In this document: positions 20,924 through 35,234 of the stretch, piece after piece
Position numbering within the stretch: position 1 is the stretch's first letter
Layout of the letters: each line of letters begins with the position of its first letter
DNA from: Psammoneis japonica
Lineage: Eukaryota
DNA: 64,000 nt
Direction of reading: 5' to 3'
Assembly (NCBI GenBank): GCA_008632985.1
Contig: QPGO01000058.1
Location: forward strand, 1 to 64,000
Position numbers and translations under genes: made by a program
Notes under the pieces: model-generated
Databases searched by the model: none
The model's input: the letters and a program-made list of their open reading frames with translations, nothing else
Told to the model about the DNA's origin: nothing

Positions 20924-23900
20924 ATGGCATTGAAACGAGCCGTCAGAGGTGCAAGGTTGCTTGCCACACTCACACTTGCTTGCTGTAATTCGACTCTAGC
21001 ATCAAGCAACTTGGAAGCAATCCGAAATGACCGTTTCATGCTTCGCGGTGGCGAACCTACTTTAGTGCCAAATGGGGTGTGTCACCATGACAACAATCTC
21101 TTTTGTCACTCCAGCAACAATGGAAACGACTGCAAGATTGGCACTTGCGACAACGGAGACACACAAGTCTGCTACAACGATTCCATGTGTCCTGGAGAAA
21201 ACAAGTGTCGAAATTATCGGGCCGGAAAATGTCATACCGCTTTGGCTGATGCTTCATTGACAGCCACTGATGCAGCAACCGTGGCCAACAACGCAATCAT
21301 TACAGAGGTCCTGCCAAACCCAAAATATCCGGTCAAGGATTCAGATGGGGAGTACATTAAACGTAAGTGAAGCCGTGCTCACATGAACCAAGCATGTCGT
21401 TTGTGACGCTCATCCTTGTTTCTGTTCCACCATGTTTTGATGTGCTGCAGTATTTAATCCAACCGCCGCGTCTATTGATTTATCTGCGTACAAGGTCTGT
21501 GAGAGAAAGAAAAATCAGAGGCTTCGATGCACGAAACTTGCGTCACATCTCGCTAGCGGGTCATGTTACATGCTCTGTCGAAACAAAGCAAAAGGTCCAT
21601 ACGGCGACAACTGCGATATTGACACCAACATTGCCCTGGGAAATCGTGGGGACGAGATATGGGTAGAGGAGATAGGCAGTGGAATCGTGGTCGACCGAGT
21701 GGCGATTCCAGACTCGAGAAGAAGCAAGGCAGGAAAAGTCTATGTGAGAGGTTCAACGAAGGATGCCCATAACGCAAAATGGACCTATGTGTCGGTGACT
21801 TTTCCACCGGTCCCTTCGCCTCCAAGCAGTTCTCCGACTTCTAGCCCTCCAACACCATCGTTTATTGGACCCTTTGTAACCCCCGAAACATCGTCCGAGA
21901 TTGTCAGCATTCCCAAACCACCTCAGCCTCCCATGGGCCAGTTCAACACTGGAGGTTATCGGACGGAGTGTCCCCACCTTCAATCAGACTTGCTTGATTG
22001 GCACAGCACAACAACTTGGATGCCTGTAAGTGACTACTTGCCTTCAAATGCTCAACCATTTACGATTTTAATGATCGAAGCTCTCACTCTCGTGTATTGT
22101 TTAGAACGCTGTCCCTACAAGTGGAGACGTGACGCTGCCCTTGAATAGTAAGGTCGTTATAACCCAAAGCATCGTCGGGCAGCTTGGAGTCATTACCATC
22201 CCACAATCTTCAGAGCTCACCATAGCAGAGGATTTCGCTAATGGAATTGCCTTGGATGTCAAGGGAATAGAGGTTAAAGGCGCTCTCACAGCCGGATCGG
22301 AAACGTGCCGATACGAGACAGACCTAACCATTACTTTGCATGGTTCTCGTCCTAGTGATATTGATAGATTCGGCAAATCTCCAACGGCTACCCCAACATA
22401 CAAGGGTATCTCTGTCAGCGGCGGTATCCTCAACCTTCACGGCAAGCGATATTTTCCAACTTGGACAAGGTTGGCGCAGACGGCTCCTGTTAACCAAACC
22501 TACCTTCTCCTTCAAGATGCGGTCAACTGGCAGCCCGGGCATGAAATCGTCGTGACAACGACCGCGATTCACGATTCTCGTAACTGGCACCAGAACGAGG
22601 TTTTGACAATTGATGCCATAGACATTAATCCTGTCCCAGATGTAGGGCCGCCGTGTATCTGACAACACCTCTCAGTTATAATCACATTGCCAACAACGGC
22701 TATCAGGCTGAGGTTGGTCTGCTCACACGCAACATCCGAGTAGAAGGCGCTGCCGCCGATTCCGAGCCAGTCGACCCAGATCCGGGAACTTGTACGGGAA
22801 TATCGCATTTCGGAACCGACATGGCTCCCTGTCCAGGGACTGACAAGACTGGATTTGGAGGTCATATCATGGTCCACATGTCTGGAAAGGGATACGTTGA
22901 AGGTATCGAGCTGTTTCGAATGGGTCAGACCAATGTCCTCGGTCGTTATCCTATGCACTTCCATATACTTGGCGACTGTCCGGATTGTTACTTTCAGGAT
23001 TCTTCGATTCACAGGAGCTTCTATCGATGCATCTCCATTCACGGAAGTCACAATACGACGGTTTCCGAAAACGTCGCATACGACGTGTCCGGTTATTGCT
23101 ACTACCTGGAGGATGGGGTGGAAGAAGACAACAAGATCACCTACAACCTCGCAAGCCATATTCATCCTGTGAGCAATTACATTGCCAATAGTGGAAACGG
23201 ACAAACGATACCGGTGTTCTCTCAAAGAACTGACCTAATCCTTCCTGCAGACGTGACTGCAAGCGGATATTATTTGACGAATCTCCACAACGTCATAACC
23301 GGAAATGCCGCATCTGGCGGTTGGGCCGGTTTTGCCATGCCAGTTCTCCTCGCCCCGATCGGTCCACATAAAGACGTAAACATGCGTCCGGCAAATCGCC
23401 TGACTAAAAATTCAATGGTAATACAGCTCACAGCACCGGCTGGTGGTGGAGCCACGCTGGGGCCTTCTACTCGGGTGGATCGCTTTACTATTCTGATAGT
23501 GAACGGACACTCTTGGAATACAATGCGGGACGCGACCTGACGAACGGTCAGCGTTATCCATGCCTTGTTGACAAATGCGCAACTGTGAACAACTGCAATT
23601 CCTACTGTCAAAGTGGTGAAAGGGCGTGGTTCAAGATCAATAATTCCAAGGTCTTCCTCACTGCAAACCCCGGTTTAAATAGCTGGAGTGGCCGGATGGA
23701 AGTAACCGAGTTTGAAGCACATGACGTGGCACTAGGCCTCGAGGCCCTCGAACCGGGCATTGGCATCAAGAATTTGCTGGTTGAGTGCAGATCCGGCGAG
23801 ACATGGGTAATGCCTGGCAACGGTCCCCGCAGTGTACCAGCCAACGGTTTCTCCTGGTATGACACCGGACAAGAGCATATCGTTACGAAAGCTACATTTC

Positions 23901-25615
23901 GCAATTGTGGATACAGGAATGGCTTTCAACACAATGATGACTCCGTTACAAGAGGGTGTGACTCCAACCCTCTCAATGGATGTCACACTGACTCCACAGT
24001 CTGGCGCATACCTAGCCACAGTGATCAGTTTACGCCAGAAATCATGCAGGCCACAGCCAATATTGCCTATGAAGATTGTGGTCGTAGGTTCAAGCTACAC
24101 GATCAGAAGGATAACAATAACCCTTCAAGTGTGTCTGGTAGAACGCAAAATTGGATGGACACTGACGGAACTGCATCGGGTCTTGGAGAACCGGTGATGA
24201 TTGGTTCAGGCCTTGCGGATGCGGGACACTGGTGGAAAGTGGAGTCAGACACAGTTCATGACCCCGACGGTCCCCTGGAATTCATACGAGTCAATAATGG
24301 GCCAGAGCGTGGTCTTGGACACGTTCGCTTCAGATGGAGAGATGATATCACCAATAGCGTCGGAGTTACGACGTGCAAACATGGCAGGGGCTGCCCCACA
24401 ATCGGCCATATTCGCCACATTGGTTCCATGTTTGATGCTAGCAAAGACCCATCAGGTGGGCTTCCCATTACAGCGAACGCTGACGTTGCCGGCCCTGTTG
24501 GCGGGTTCGGATGGTTGCTATCGCTCAATGATGGACCTCCAAAAAGGCTTCTGTTGAACAAGATTGAAGTAGATTCAAGGACACCACTCATGCTGGCAAT
24601 TCAATATCCGGCGAATACATCATTTTCAATCGTCGCCCACGCTGCATATTGCTCGCCTACGAACACCCACTCCTGTCAAGAATCATTTCAACGAGTGAAC
24701 TCTGTCTCGCATGTGCGCTTCAGCCAAGGTAATACGTATTATTTTGATGCTGCAACAAGTCTCCTTTGGATACGAGTGATCCAATTCCCACAGACATACA
24801 CAGGAGATAACGTCAACAGTGAATTTGCGGAGTGGCATCTATGGAATCTTGACACGCCAGATACTCGAGGGTGGAGTCCGAATGTGTATGCTCTTGATAG
24901 ATACTCATTCAATGGCATCACGCTCCCAAAGTTAAATTCCCAGAATTACCTGGAGATCATTGCCGACTGTAATGAATCCATCCCTGGACACTGCCTCCAG
25001 CCCCCTGCCTACGTCGAACCTGAAGTGTGCTCCCCTGGATATTTTCAGGTGGCCTACGACAAGTGTTGCAATAGCACCACCTCAACCGATTGTGAGGCCC
25101 TAAAGCCGCCTCCAGCTCTATCACCAACTCCCTAACTAGCCTTTGCACAGAACTCCGACTGAGTATCCAATCCATGTTTTGAAGACGGTGGAATCCATCC
25201 ATGGTACCCATAAGTCATCCACGAAGGCGACCATCATTATCACGACCTACCATTCGAGAGAAGGTCTGCGCTTGTCAGCGATAGATCTCAATTTTGGGAA
25301 GGAATCCATCAAAATATGATTCCAGTACTTGATCTTGGAGTCACTTTTAACGTTTCATGTTGGGCGATGCTCAAGAACGCCGAGAGAGAGAGAGAGTCCT
25401 TCCATCTAACTCTCAGGATCTGGGATGACAGTGGTACAACGTATATAGGAGCTTGGGGGGCCATCACGAATTCCACATGTACCATGGTTCAGAATACCAT
25501 TACCCTGCTAGCGACGGTGACGCATTCGAAAAATCTCGTTCTCTACGCTGAGGTGCCTCCCGCTGGCGTCGAGTATTGGGTTGATGATGTGTCCGTGGTC
25601 CCTGTGTATAGCTAA
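20924..25615 (+). pseudogene. Disrupted paralog of the G8-domain / parallel beta-helix secreted protein (copy A)
   Basis: Collinear with 27058-32565. Introns 21363-21450 and 22026-22104 (GT-AG). 1-bp frameshifts at ~22646 and ~23410. In-frame TAA at 25133-25135, TGA at ~25160 and further indels in the CBM-like tail. Lacks the PT-repeat stalk. Confidence 0.75.
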
Positions 25616-27057
25616 CACAACCGACGCGGCCGTTGTGGGCACGTTTTGTTCGTGACTGAAACAGTGGTGAAGGCTACCCCAGAACTTATCCACTCGTCGT
25701 CACGCTTCCGCTCTACCATCGCTTCAAGATATCACCTTACCCAGAATCCAGAGGTGTGCACAAGCTGACGTAATGCTGTCACTCGGACTCTTCTAGTTTC
25801 GTCACAAAAAGCCAGATGGTGTGAAAAGGCCACGGTGTTGGTGGGCAGCACGAAATCTATCTTCACAAAGGAAAATGGTTCGCAATCTCCTCGAACATGA
25901 ACGAGGGGTGAAACGGCGTATCGTCAATGACTTTACAACCTTCGGCGCCGCCAGCCCAGGTCTGAAAAGCTGCAGTGGCGGGACGGCAGTAGAAGACTTT
26001 GAAGAATGCGTCTCGAATCTGACTTCGGCATGATGAATTCCCGATGGATAGAATCAACCTTTCCTGCAATCAGAAGGTGCTATGCGTAAACCTCAAGCCT
26101 TGTGGTTTTGTCACGAAAAAGGAGAGTATCATGCCCTCCGGTCTGGCATCGGTGACTGCTACACCGCAAATGATTCAATTGATCGTTAAAAACGCGCTGA
26201 TGACTTCCCAATGTTTGAACTCCACGAGCACTCCAACTCCAATGTTTGTATTTGGCTGTCGACGTCGACGTCATGACAAGTTTCGGGCCTCATAAAGCAC
26301 TACTGATATCTATCCCCCGTCAGTGCTTTCGCGTTTCCATGCGACCAACTGTGTTTTGCGTTGCTGTAAATCCCCCAATCATCATTCATTCTCATCTCTC
26401 ACCATGATAGCTTCCCCAACTGTTTTCTTGACGCCCCCATTCCCAGTCAAAGTCATGCTCCAATGGCGTTACCATTCCAACCCCTTTCGCGTTTCCACAT
26501 TACCCAACGCACCATGATACTTTTTCATCAATACGAAGATCCCCCAATTCTCTCCACGTCCATCTCTGCCATGGTGGCACCCTCAACCCTGAACTACTTT
26601 TTTGCCGCCCTCCTGATTCTTCCAACTTCCAACACGCAGCTCACGAGATTACCTTCCAACCTGGCCCTCTCTAGCTAGTATGATAGAAGTAGCTATGATA
26701 GTGGGAAATATTAATAACACTGTCGCGCTTCTTCTGCTCTCAACGGATCCAGATGTCCTTTTGAACGCAGCAGTTTTTGGCGGGAACAAGATGTGCCAAG
26801 ACTGCCACGTCATGAAATGACCATAGAACCATAACATAACTTCGTAAGCGGATGCTTGATAACAATTATGCGCATCTGCCTCGACATAAATCTCAACTTT
26901 TCAAATTTTCGTCAACCATCAAACACCCAAGAGGCAACACACACCATCGAGACGTATCCATCAGTCCATCAGGAGATTCATTCTGTTTCCAAAGATTGCA
27001 AAAAGATAGTAGTCTTATAGAAGCAGCTCGAAAGGTCTTGTTTTTGACAGCATAACG

Positions 27058-30000
27058 ATGGCGTGTTTCGCCAAAGGAACGAAGGGGCTTTTCACCCTTC
27101 TCCTTATTGCTGTTTGGGTGACTCTTCCGTCAAGCGCCGTGGAAGCAATCCGAAATGACCGTTTCATGCTACGCGGCGGCGAACCTACTTTAGTGCCGAA
27201 CGGGGTGTGTCACCATGACAACAATCTCTTTTGTCACTCCAGTAACAATGGAAACGACTGCAAGATTGGTACGTGCGATAACGGAGACGCACAAGTCTGC
27301 TACAACGATTCCATGTGTCCCGGAGAAAGCACGTGTGGGAACTACCAGGCCGGGATATGTCATTCCGCAATGGCTGATGTTTCGGCGGCAGCCATGGATG
27401 CGTCGACCGTGGCAACGAGCGTTATCATGACAGAGCTCTTTCCTAACCCGAAAAATCCAGTAAAAGATGCAGATGGGGAGTACATTAAATGTAAGTGGAG
27501 CCGCACTCGCATCAACCAAGCATATCGTTTGTGTCGCTCATCCCTGTTTCTGTTCTACCATGTTTTGATTTACTGTAGTGTTTAATCCTACTGCCGCGTC
27601 CATTGATTTATCTGTCTACAAAGTCTGCGAGACAAAGGGAAATGGAAAGCTTCGATGCACGGAACTTACGTCAAATCTCGCAAGCGGGACACACTACAAG
27701 CTTTGCCGCAATGAAGCAACAGGTCCGCACGACGATTGCGACATTGATACCAACATTGCACTGGGCAATCGGGGTGACGAGATTTGGATTGAGGATATTG
27801 ACGAAGGAATCATTGTAGACAATGTCACCATTCCAGACGCAACAGGAAGCAACGCAGGAAAAGTCTATGTAAGAGGTTCAACGAATGATGCCCTTCATGC
27901 AAACTGGAGCTTCGTGCCCGTGACATCTCCCCCAGTTACTTCGCCTCCAACAAGTTATCCGACTTCAGTGCCATCCGATGTACCAACGTTAGCTCCAGTC
28001 ACCGAGCCACCTAGCGACACGCAAAGTGATCTGCCGAGCGGTGCACCAAGCTCCGCTCCTGTCACTTCGGCGCCGAGCAATGCACCAAGTGGTCAACCAT
28101 CCAATGTACCAACGCTAGCCCCAGTCACCATGCCCCCAAGCGACACACCAAGTGATCAGCCATCCGATGTACCAACGCTAGCCCCAGTCACTACGGCACC
28201 CACTGAAGCTCCAAGTAATCAGTCATCCGATGTTCCAACGCTAGCCCCATTCACCATGCCCCCCAGCGACACACCAAGTGATCAGCCATCCGATGTGCCA
28301 ACGATAGCCCCAGTCTCTACGGCACCCACTGAAGCTCCAAGTGATCAGCCATCCGACGTACCAACGATAGCCCCAATCACCATGGCGCCCAGCGATACAC
28401 CAAGTGATCAGCCATCCGATGTACCAACGCTAGCCCCAGTCACCATGCCCCCCAGCGACGCACCAAGTGATCAGGCATCCGATGTACCAACGCTAGCCCC
28501 AGTCACCATGCCCCCCAGCGACGCACCAAGGGATCAGCCATCCGACGTACCAACGCTGGCCCCAGTCACCATGGCGCCGAGCGACACACCAAGTGATCAG
28601 CCGTCCGACGTACCAACGCTAGCCCCAGTTACCATGGCGCCCAGCGACACACCAAGTGATCAGCCATCCGATGTACCAACGCTTGCCCCAGTCACCATGG
28701 CGCCCAGCGACACGCCAAGTAATCCTCCAAGCGATGCACCATCCTCTGTTCCCTCCACGGCTCCGAGCAATGAGCCGATAACGTTCATCGGCCCATTCGT
28801 TACTCCCGAAACATCGTCCGAGATTGTCAGCATTCCCAAACCATCTCAGCCTCCCGAGGACCAGTTCAACACTGGAGGTTTTCGGACGGATTGTCCCCAC
28901 CTTCAATCAAATTTGCTTGATTGGCACAGCCCAACAACTTGGATGCCTGTAAGTGATTACTTGCCTTCAAATGCTCAACCATTTACGATCAATAATCGAA
29001 TCTCTCACACTCGTGTATTGTTTAGAACGCTGTCCCTACAAGTGGAAATGTGACGCTGCCCTTGAGTAGCACGGTCGTTATAACCCAAAGCATCGTCGGG
29101 CAGCTTGGAGTCATTACCATCCCACAATCTTCAAAGCTCATCATAGCAGAGGATCTGGCGAATGGAATTGTCTTGAATGTCAAGGGAATAGAGGTTCAAG
29201 GCGCTCTCACCGCCGGATCGGAAACGTGCCGATACGAGACGGACCTAACCATTACTTTGCACGGTTCTCGTCCGGGTGATATTGATAGCTTTGGCAAATC
29301 TCCAACGGCTACACCAACATACAAGGGCATCTCTGTCAACGGCGGTATTCTAAACCTTCACGGGAAGCGATACTTTCCAACGTGGACAAGGTTGGCGCAG
29401 ACGGCTCCGGTTAACCAGACCTACCTCCTCCTTCAAGATGCGGTCAACTGGCAGCCCGGGCATGAAATCGTCGTGACAACGACCGCGATCCACGATTCTC
29501 GTAACTGGCACCAGAACGAGGTTTTGACAATTGATTCCCTAGACATCGACCCTGTCCCAGGTGTAGGAGCCGCCGTGTATCTGACAACACCTCTCAGTTA
29601 TAACCACATTGCCAACAACGGCTATCAGGCTGAGGTTGGTCTGCTCACACGCAACATCCGAGTAGAAGGCGCTGCTGCCGATTCCGAGCCAATCGACCCG
29701 GACCCGGGAAATTGTACGGGAATATCGCATTTCGGAACTGATATGGCTCCCTGTCCATGGACTGACATGACTGGATTTGGAGGTCATATCATGGTCCACA
29801 TGTCTGGAAAGGGATACGTTGAAGGTATCGAGCTGTTTCGAATGGGACAGACCAATGTCCTCGGTCGGTATCCGATGCACTTCCATATGCTTGGCGACTG
29901 TCCGGATTGTTACTTTCAAGATTCTTCGATTCACAGGAGCTTCTATCGATGCATCTCCATTCACGGAAGTCACAATACGACGGTTTCCGAAAACGTTGCA

Positions 30001-32565
30001 TACGACGTGTCCGGTTATTGCTACTACTTGGAGGATGGGGTGGAAGAAGACAACAAGATCACCTACAACCTCGCAAGCCATATTCATCCTGTGAGCAATT
30101 ATATTGCCAGCAACACTGGTGAACAAACGATACCGGTGTTCTCCCAAAGTGCCAACCTAATCCTACCTGCAGACGTGACTGCAAGCGGATATTATTTGAC
30201 GAATCTCCACAACGACATCATTGGTAATGCAGCATCTGGTGGTTGGGCAGGCTTTGCCATGCCAGTTCTCCTCGCCCCGATCGGTCCAAACAAGGACGTC
30301 AACATGCGCCCGGGAAATCGCCTGACTAAAACCTTTGACGGCAACACGGCTCACAGCACCGGCTGGTGGTGGAGTCACGCCGGAGCGTTCTACTCAGGTG
30401 GATCGCTCTACTATTCTGATAGTAACCAGACACTCCTGGAATACAATGCTGGACGCGACCAGACGCACGGCATGCGTTCCCCATGCCTTGTTGACAAGTG
30501 CACAAGTAAAAATAACTGCAATTCTTACTGCCACTGGGGTGAAAGGGCTTGGTTCAACATCAGTAACTCCAAAGTCTTCCTTACCGCGAGCCCCGGTCTG
30601 AATAGCTGGAGTGGTCGGATGGAAGTGACAGAGTTTGAGGCGCATGACGTGGCACTAGGCCTCGAGGCCCTTGAATCAGGCTTCGGCATCAAGAATTTGA
30701 TGGTTGAGTGTCGATCCGGCGAGACATGGGTCATGCCTGGCAACGGTCCTAAGCGCGTTCCAGGGAACGGGTTCTTCTGGTATGACACTGGGCAGGAGCA
30801 TATTATTACAGAAGCTGCATTCCGTAACTGCGGATACAAGGATGGTTTTGAACACTATGATGTCTCCGATACACGAGGGTGTGACTCCAGCGATCTCAAC
30901 GGATGTCGATCTGACTCCACAGTCTGGGGCATGCTTACCCATAGTGACCAGTTCACGCCAGAACTCATGCAGGCCACAGCCAACATCGCCTATGAAGATT
31001 GCGGGCGTAGGTTCAAGCTTCACGATTTTAAGCATGAAAATAACCCGTCAAGCGTATCGGGTCGAACGCAAAACTGGATGGACACGGATGGTACCGCATC
31101 CGGACTCGGAGAACCAGTAATGATTGGCTCAGGCCTCACGGACGCAGGACACTGGTGGAAGGTGGAGCCGGACACTGTTCACGACCCTGACGGTCCCTTG
31201 GAGTTTATTCGCATCAACAATGGACCCGAGCGAGGTCTTGGACACATTCGCTTTAGATGGAGGGATGATCTGACCAATAGCATTGGAACAACGGCCTGCA
31301 AAAATGGCGACAGGGGGCCGACAGATCCTCCTCTATCCGACAATATTCTATGTCCCACAATCGGTCATATCCGTCACATTGGTTCGATGTTTAATGCCAG
31401 TAACGACTCATCTGGTGGACTTCCCATAACAGCAAACGCCGAAGTTGCTGGACCCGTTGGAGGGTTCGGATGGATGCTTTCGCTCGATGATGGACCTCCG
31501 AAGAGGCTTCTACTTGACCAAGTTGAAGTAGATTCAACAACGCCACTCATGCTGGCCATTCAGTATCCGGCGAATACGTCGTTTGCAATTGTCGCACATG
31601 CTGCCTACTGCTCGCCTTCGAATACGCATTCATGTCAAGAAACATTCCAACAAGTAAACTCTGTCGCACATGTGCGCTTCGGACAAGGCAATGTATATTA
31701 TTTCGATGCTGCAACAAGCCTCCTATGGATCCGAGTTATCAACTTTCCTCAGACCTATACCGGAGATAACCTCCAGAGCGAATTCGCGGAGTGGCATCTG
31801 TGGAATCTTGACACGCCAGACACTCGAAGCGGGAGTCCGAATATGTATGCGCTTGATAGATATTCCTTTGATGGCGTCACCCTCCCAAAGTTCTCTGGCG
31901 GAAATTACCTGGAGATCGTAGCCGACTGTGCGGAATCCATCCCTGGACACTGTTCCCAACCCCCCACCTACATCGAACCTGACGTTTGCTCCTCTGGATA
32001 TGTTCAGGTGGCCTACGACAAGTGTTGCGTAAGCACGACCTCCACCGACTGTGAGATCCTAACCACGTTTCCGACTTTATCCCCAACGCCTGCTCCCACG
32101 TTTGCGCCGAACTCCAACCGAGTATCCAACCCAGGTTTCGAGGATGGTGTGATCGATCCGTGGTATACAAATGCGTGGGAAGCCACGACGGCGACCATCG
32201 ACACTACGACCTCCCATTCGGGGGGAAGCTCTGTGCTTGTCAGATTCAGATCCAAAACTTGGGAGGGAGTCCATCAAAATATGTTTGAGGTACTTGATCC
32301 TGGCGTCACTTACACCGTGGCATGTTGGGCAATGCTCAAGAACGCCGAAAGCGAGTTCTTCAAGCTCACTCTCAAGATCAAGGATGACAGTGGTACACGA
32401 TATCCAGGGCCAACGGAATACATCACAAATTCCACATGGACCATGGTTCAGAAAAATATTACTCTGTCAGTGACAGGGAATCTCTCGGCTCTTGATCTTT
32501 ACGCTGAGGGTCCTCCCGCTGACGTCGAGTACTGGGTCGATGATGTGTCCGTGGTCCCTGTGTAG
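27058..32565 (+). CDS. Secreted G8-domain protein (CEMIP/TMEM2/fibrocystin-like) with Cys-rich N-terminus, lamin-tail-like domain, Pro/Ser/Thr stalk, beta-helix and C-terminal CBM4/9-like domain; ~1780 aa, 3 exons (27058-27490, 27579-28948, 29026-32565)
   Basis: Hydrophobic signal peptide; 'VIMTELFPNP...DGEYIKLFNPT' (LTD-like); 'WQPGHEIVVTTT', 'AEVGLLTRNI', 'MGQTNVLGRYPMHFH', 'SFYRCISIHGSH', 'CYYLEDGVE' (G8-associated beta-helix); 'NPGFEDG...W...YWVDDVSV' (CBM4/9-like). Spliced frame stays open across both introns. Confidence 0.9.
27965..28740 (+). repeat. Coding 63-bp tandem repeat (PSDTPSDQPSDVPTLAPVTMA), mucin-like stalk
   Basis: About ten 21-aa units in exon 2 of the G8 gene. Confidence 0.9.
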
Positions 32566-33597
32566 CTAGTGCATCCGAGGCGTATGGTATGCTCTTTGGG
32601 TAAATTGGATTTTTGGCGTTTTGGCGCGCCCCTACGAACTGTGGCACTTCAGCGATCAGGATATGATGTAGAGTAAGATAGATACGATATGACTGTCGTC
32701 TGACGTAGCCTTGTCGCTTGGATTCTTCTTGGGCAATAGCTACAAAAGCGACCACCACAATCATTCTCAAAGGCACGCATAAAGAAAGTATGAACCTGTT
32801 GGTCGAGTGTCAAACCAAAGACAGTGTGGAGCGAATGTGAGAACGTAGGGCCTCTCTTGAAGCACGAACTCTCTGTGTCTTTTTTGATGTCACTCCGCTT
32901 CTACCCTCTTCTGTCTGCATCGGACGAGATCCAGCATCATTCTGCACCTATTCACAACGAGTCTACAACTCCAGCGTCATTCGAGTATGAAAAGGTTCGA
33001 AGCAAGAGTGGCTCTTTAAACACGCTGGATTCGCTGACGGCGGCCTACTTGACGCCACCAACAGAATCATCGCCAGCAACCGTGCAGATCATGGACAAGA
33101 GTGTTTCGGATCGAGGAATGCCCATTTGTGAAGAGCCGTTGTTAGACTAGAAACGCCAATCCAATGCACCTGTGCCGTCATTTCTACCGTATGGTCCCGC
33201 CGGCGGTCGGGACCGGCAGCGGCATTCATGGTTCATGGTGTCTCCAAGTACCATGCACCAGCTTTGTGTCTGTCTGTCGAGTTCTGAGTTTACATGCAAA
33301 AGAATATCTTAACCAGTCCGGTAGCTTAAATTCATACAGAAGTGGGATAGTAACCATATTTAGGTAATCATGTGAATATATATAAATTGAAATTCCAAAA
33401 ATACCCCCTTCACACACACACACCACGGGGGGTCGGCATGCTGAATGCTGATGCACCCTCGAACTTCGAACCTTCACCTTTAAAGCAAACACAATAAAAG
33501 TTGAAACACGTAACCTTCTTGTACGTCCGATCCAGGGTGCTGACCCTTTCTCATTTCTATTAGACAAAAAAAAGAGGTTTGCTGATTAAAAAGAGTC

Positions 33598-35167
33598 ATG
33601 GAACGACCGTCAGACTTGTACGAAAAGCAAACTCAACGTGTCGCAGCAGAACAAAACCTTGATGACGAGTATTTCCATCACCGCAAGCTTTCCTTTCTTC
33701 CAAAGGAATCGAGGCACAAGGCATTCTTATTCTCAGACGACAAGGACAAAAGTCGTAAAGATGAAACAGATTGGTCTCGAGAATGTGTTACAAACGCGTC
33801 GCTAGATCTTCCTCTTGGATTTAAAGACGGAAAACTGTGTGTCGAGAAAAGAATAAGGACTCAGCTCCACTGTGAAATCCCTCGTCGTGCTGACAATGGT
33901 GAATGGAGTGCATCCATAGGAGGCTCTTCCTATGTCATTGGACCCTTAGGTTACGTTACTGGTCAAATGGCGCTTGCGTACCATCTCAGCAATCGGTCCA
34001 AGCTCGTAGGTGGTATGCATGTGGGGGACCTGGCAAAGTTATACACGGGCGTGGAGACAAAAACCATGTCTTGCTCTCATTGGTCTGTGATTCTTTATAG
34101 TTTACCATATGAATCATGTGTAGGTACAACGCTCTCGTCATCACGGATATGGAATTCGCTGTTGGAAACAAGGATTTCCATGGATTGTACTTCCAACCTC
34201 CAACCCAAAGGACGAGTGTCTGTCTCTACTCGGGCCATTCACAAGACACAAATACATCTGGGCTGGAATAGTCATCGTCCGCATGTTCAGCTGCACATAT
34301 GTCCCAAGCTATCTGAACGCCTGTTTTCTGACCTCTTGTTTGGAATGGATGGTCCTAGGTGGCATTTCGGAGCAGCGCTGAAGCAAACCCTGGTTGCCAA
34401 GGTGGGGCCATCTTCGTCTCCAGTCAAATGGGCCTACAAGCAACATAACAAGGAAATTGGTACATTGGGGTTGGGCTTTAGATTCACCGCAACAAAGGGC
34501 ATAGCATGGGTTTTGTCCTGGGGTCACCGTGGTGTGTACATTCATGTGCCCATTACAATTTTTGCAAAACCGGACGGCATGGTGTATTCGCTTCAAGCAC
34601 TTTCAATTTCAGTCATTTCGACATTGATTCAAAAGGTCATCAAGAAATTTTGGAACTCGACAGTCATTCATACCACAGAGAAGCTAAGGAATGAAAAACA
34701 ACGATCGTTGCTGCAACGTCAAAAGGCCCGAAGAGATGCGGAGCAACAGCGCGATCTCATGGCGAGACAAGCGACCATTCGCAGAAAGGCAGAAGAGCAG
34801 GACAGCGGTCTTGTCATTTGGAGGCAATGTATCGAGGAAAGGAAGAAGTATGGGAGGTCACCACGCAGCTTCAATTTTGGACAACCGATGCAGCCCTCGA
34901 GCTACCGGCCAGCTCAAAGCAGCATCTATGGGATTCTACAATGTGTCGTCCGTCCGGCATGGTCAAGAAAGCGAATCACTGCCAGTGGAACCGTCTTGGT
35001 ATTCCAAGTTTTGGACCCCTTCTGAGACCCACACTGTTGCAAAGGAAGGACCAATGCCGACACTGACGGTCAAATACAAGTTTAGTGGCGACGTGTACCA
35101 GATTTCTGTAAAGGACGATGAGAGCCTTTCGCTCCCTAGCGCAAAGGCTATACCAGTAAATGAATAA
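33598..35167 (+). CDS. DNAJC11-like protein with C-terminal DUF3395-type domain but no J domain; two apparent 1-bp deletions (~34818, ~34928)
   Basis: 'ARRDAEQQRDLM...GLVI|EAMY...EVTTQLQFW...LPASSKQHL|MGFY...LTVKYKFSGDVYQISVKDDESLSLP' parallels the C-terminus of 42761-44791 when read across three frames. Confidence 0.7.
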
Positions 35168-35234
35168 TCCAGACGCCTGTAGCTATTCCAGTCGCCTTCA
35201 CTACTGAGTTTTCAAAATGCCGAGATTCTGAAAG

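Noticed and set aside
25640..27000. Short ORFs between the two G8 genes
   Set aside because: No recognisable motif or consistent frame; treated as intergenic or an unassignable relic.
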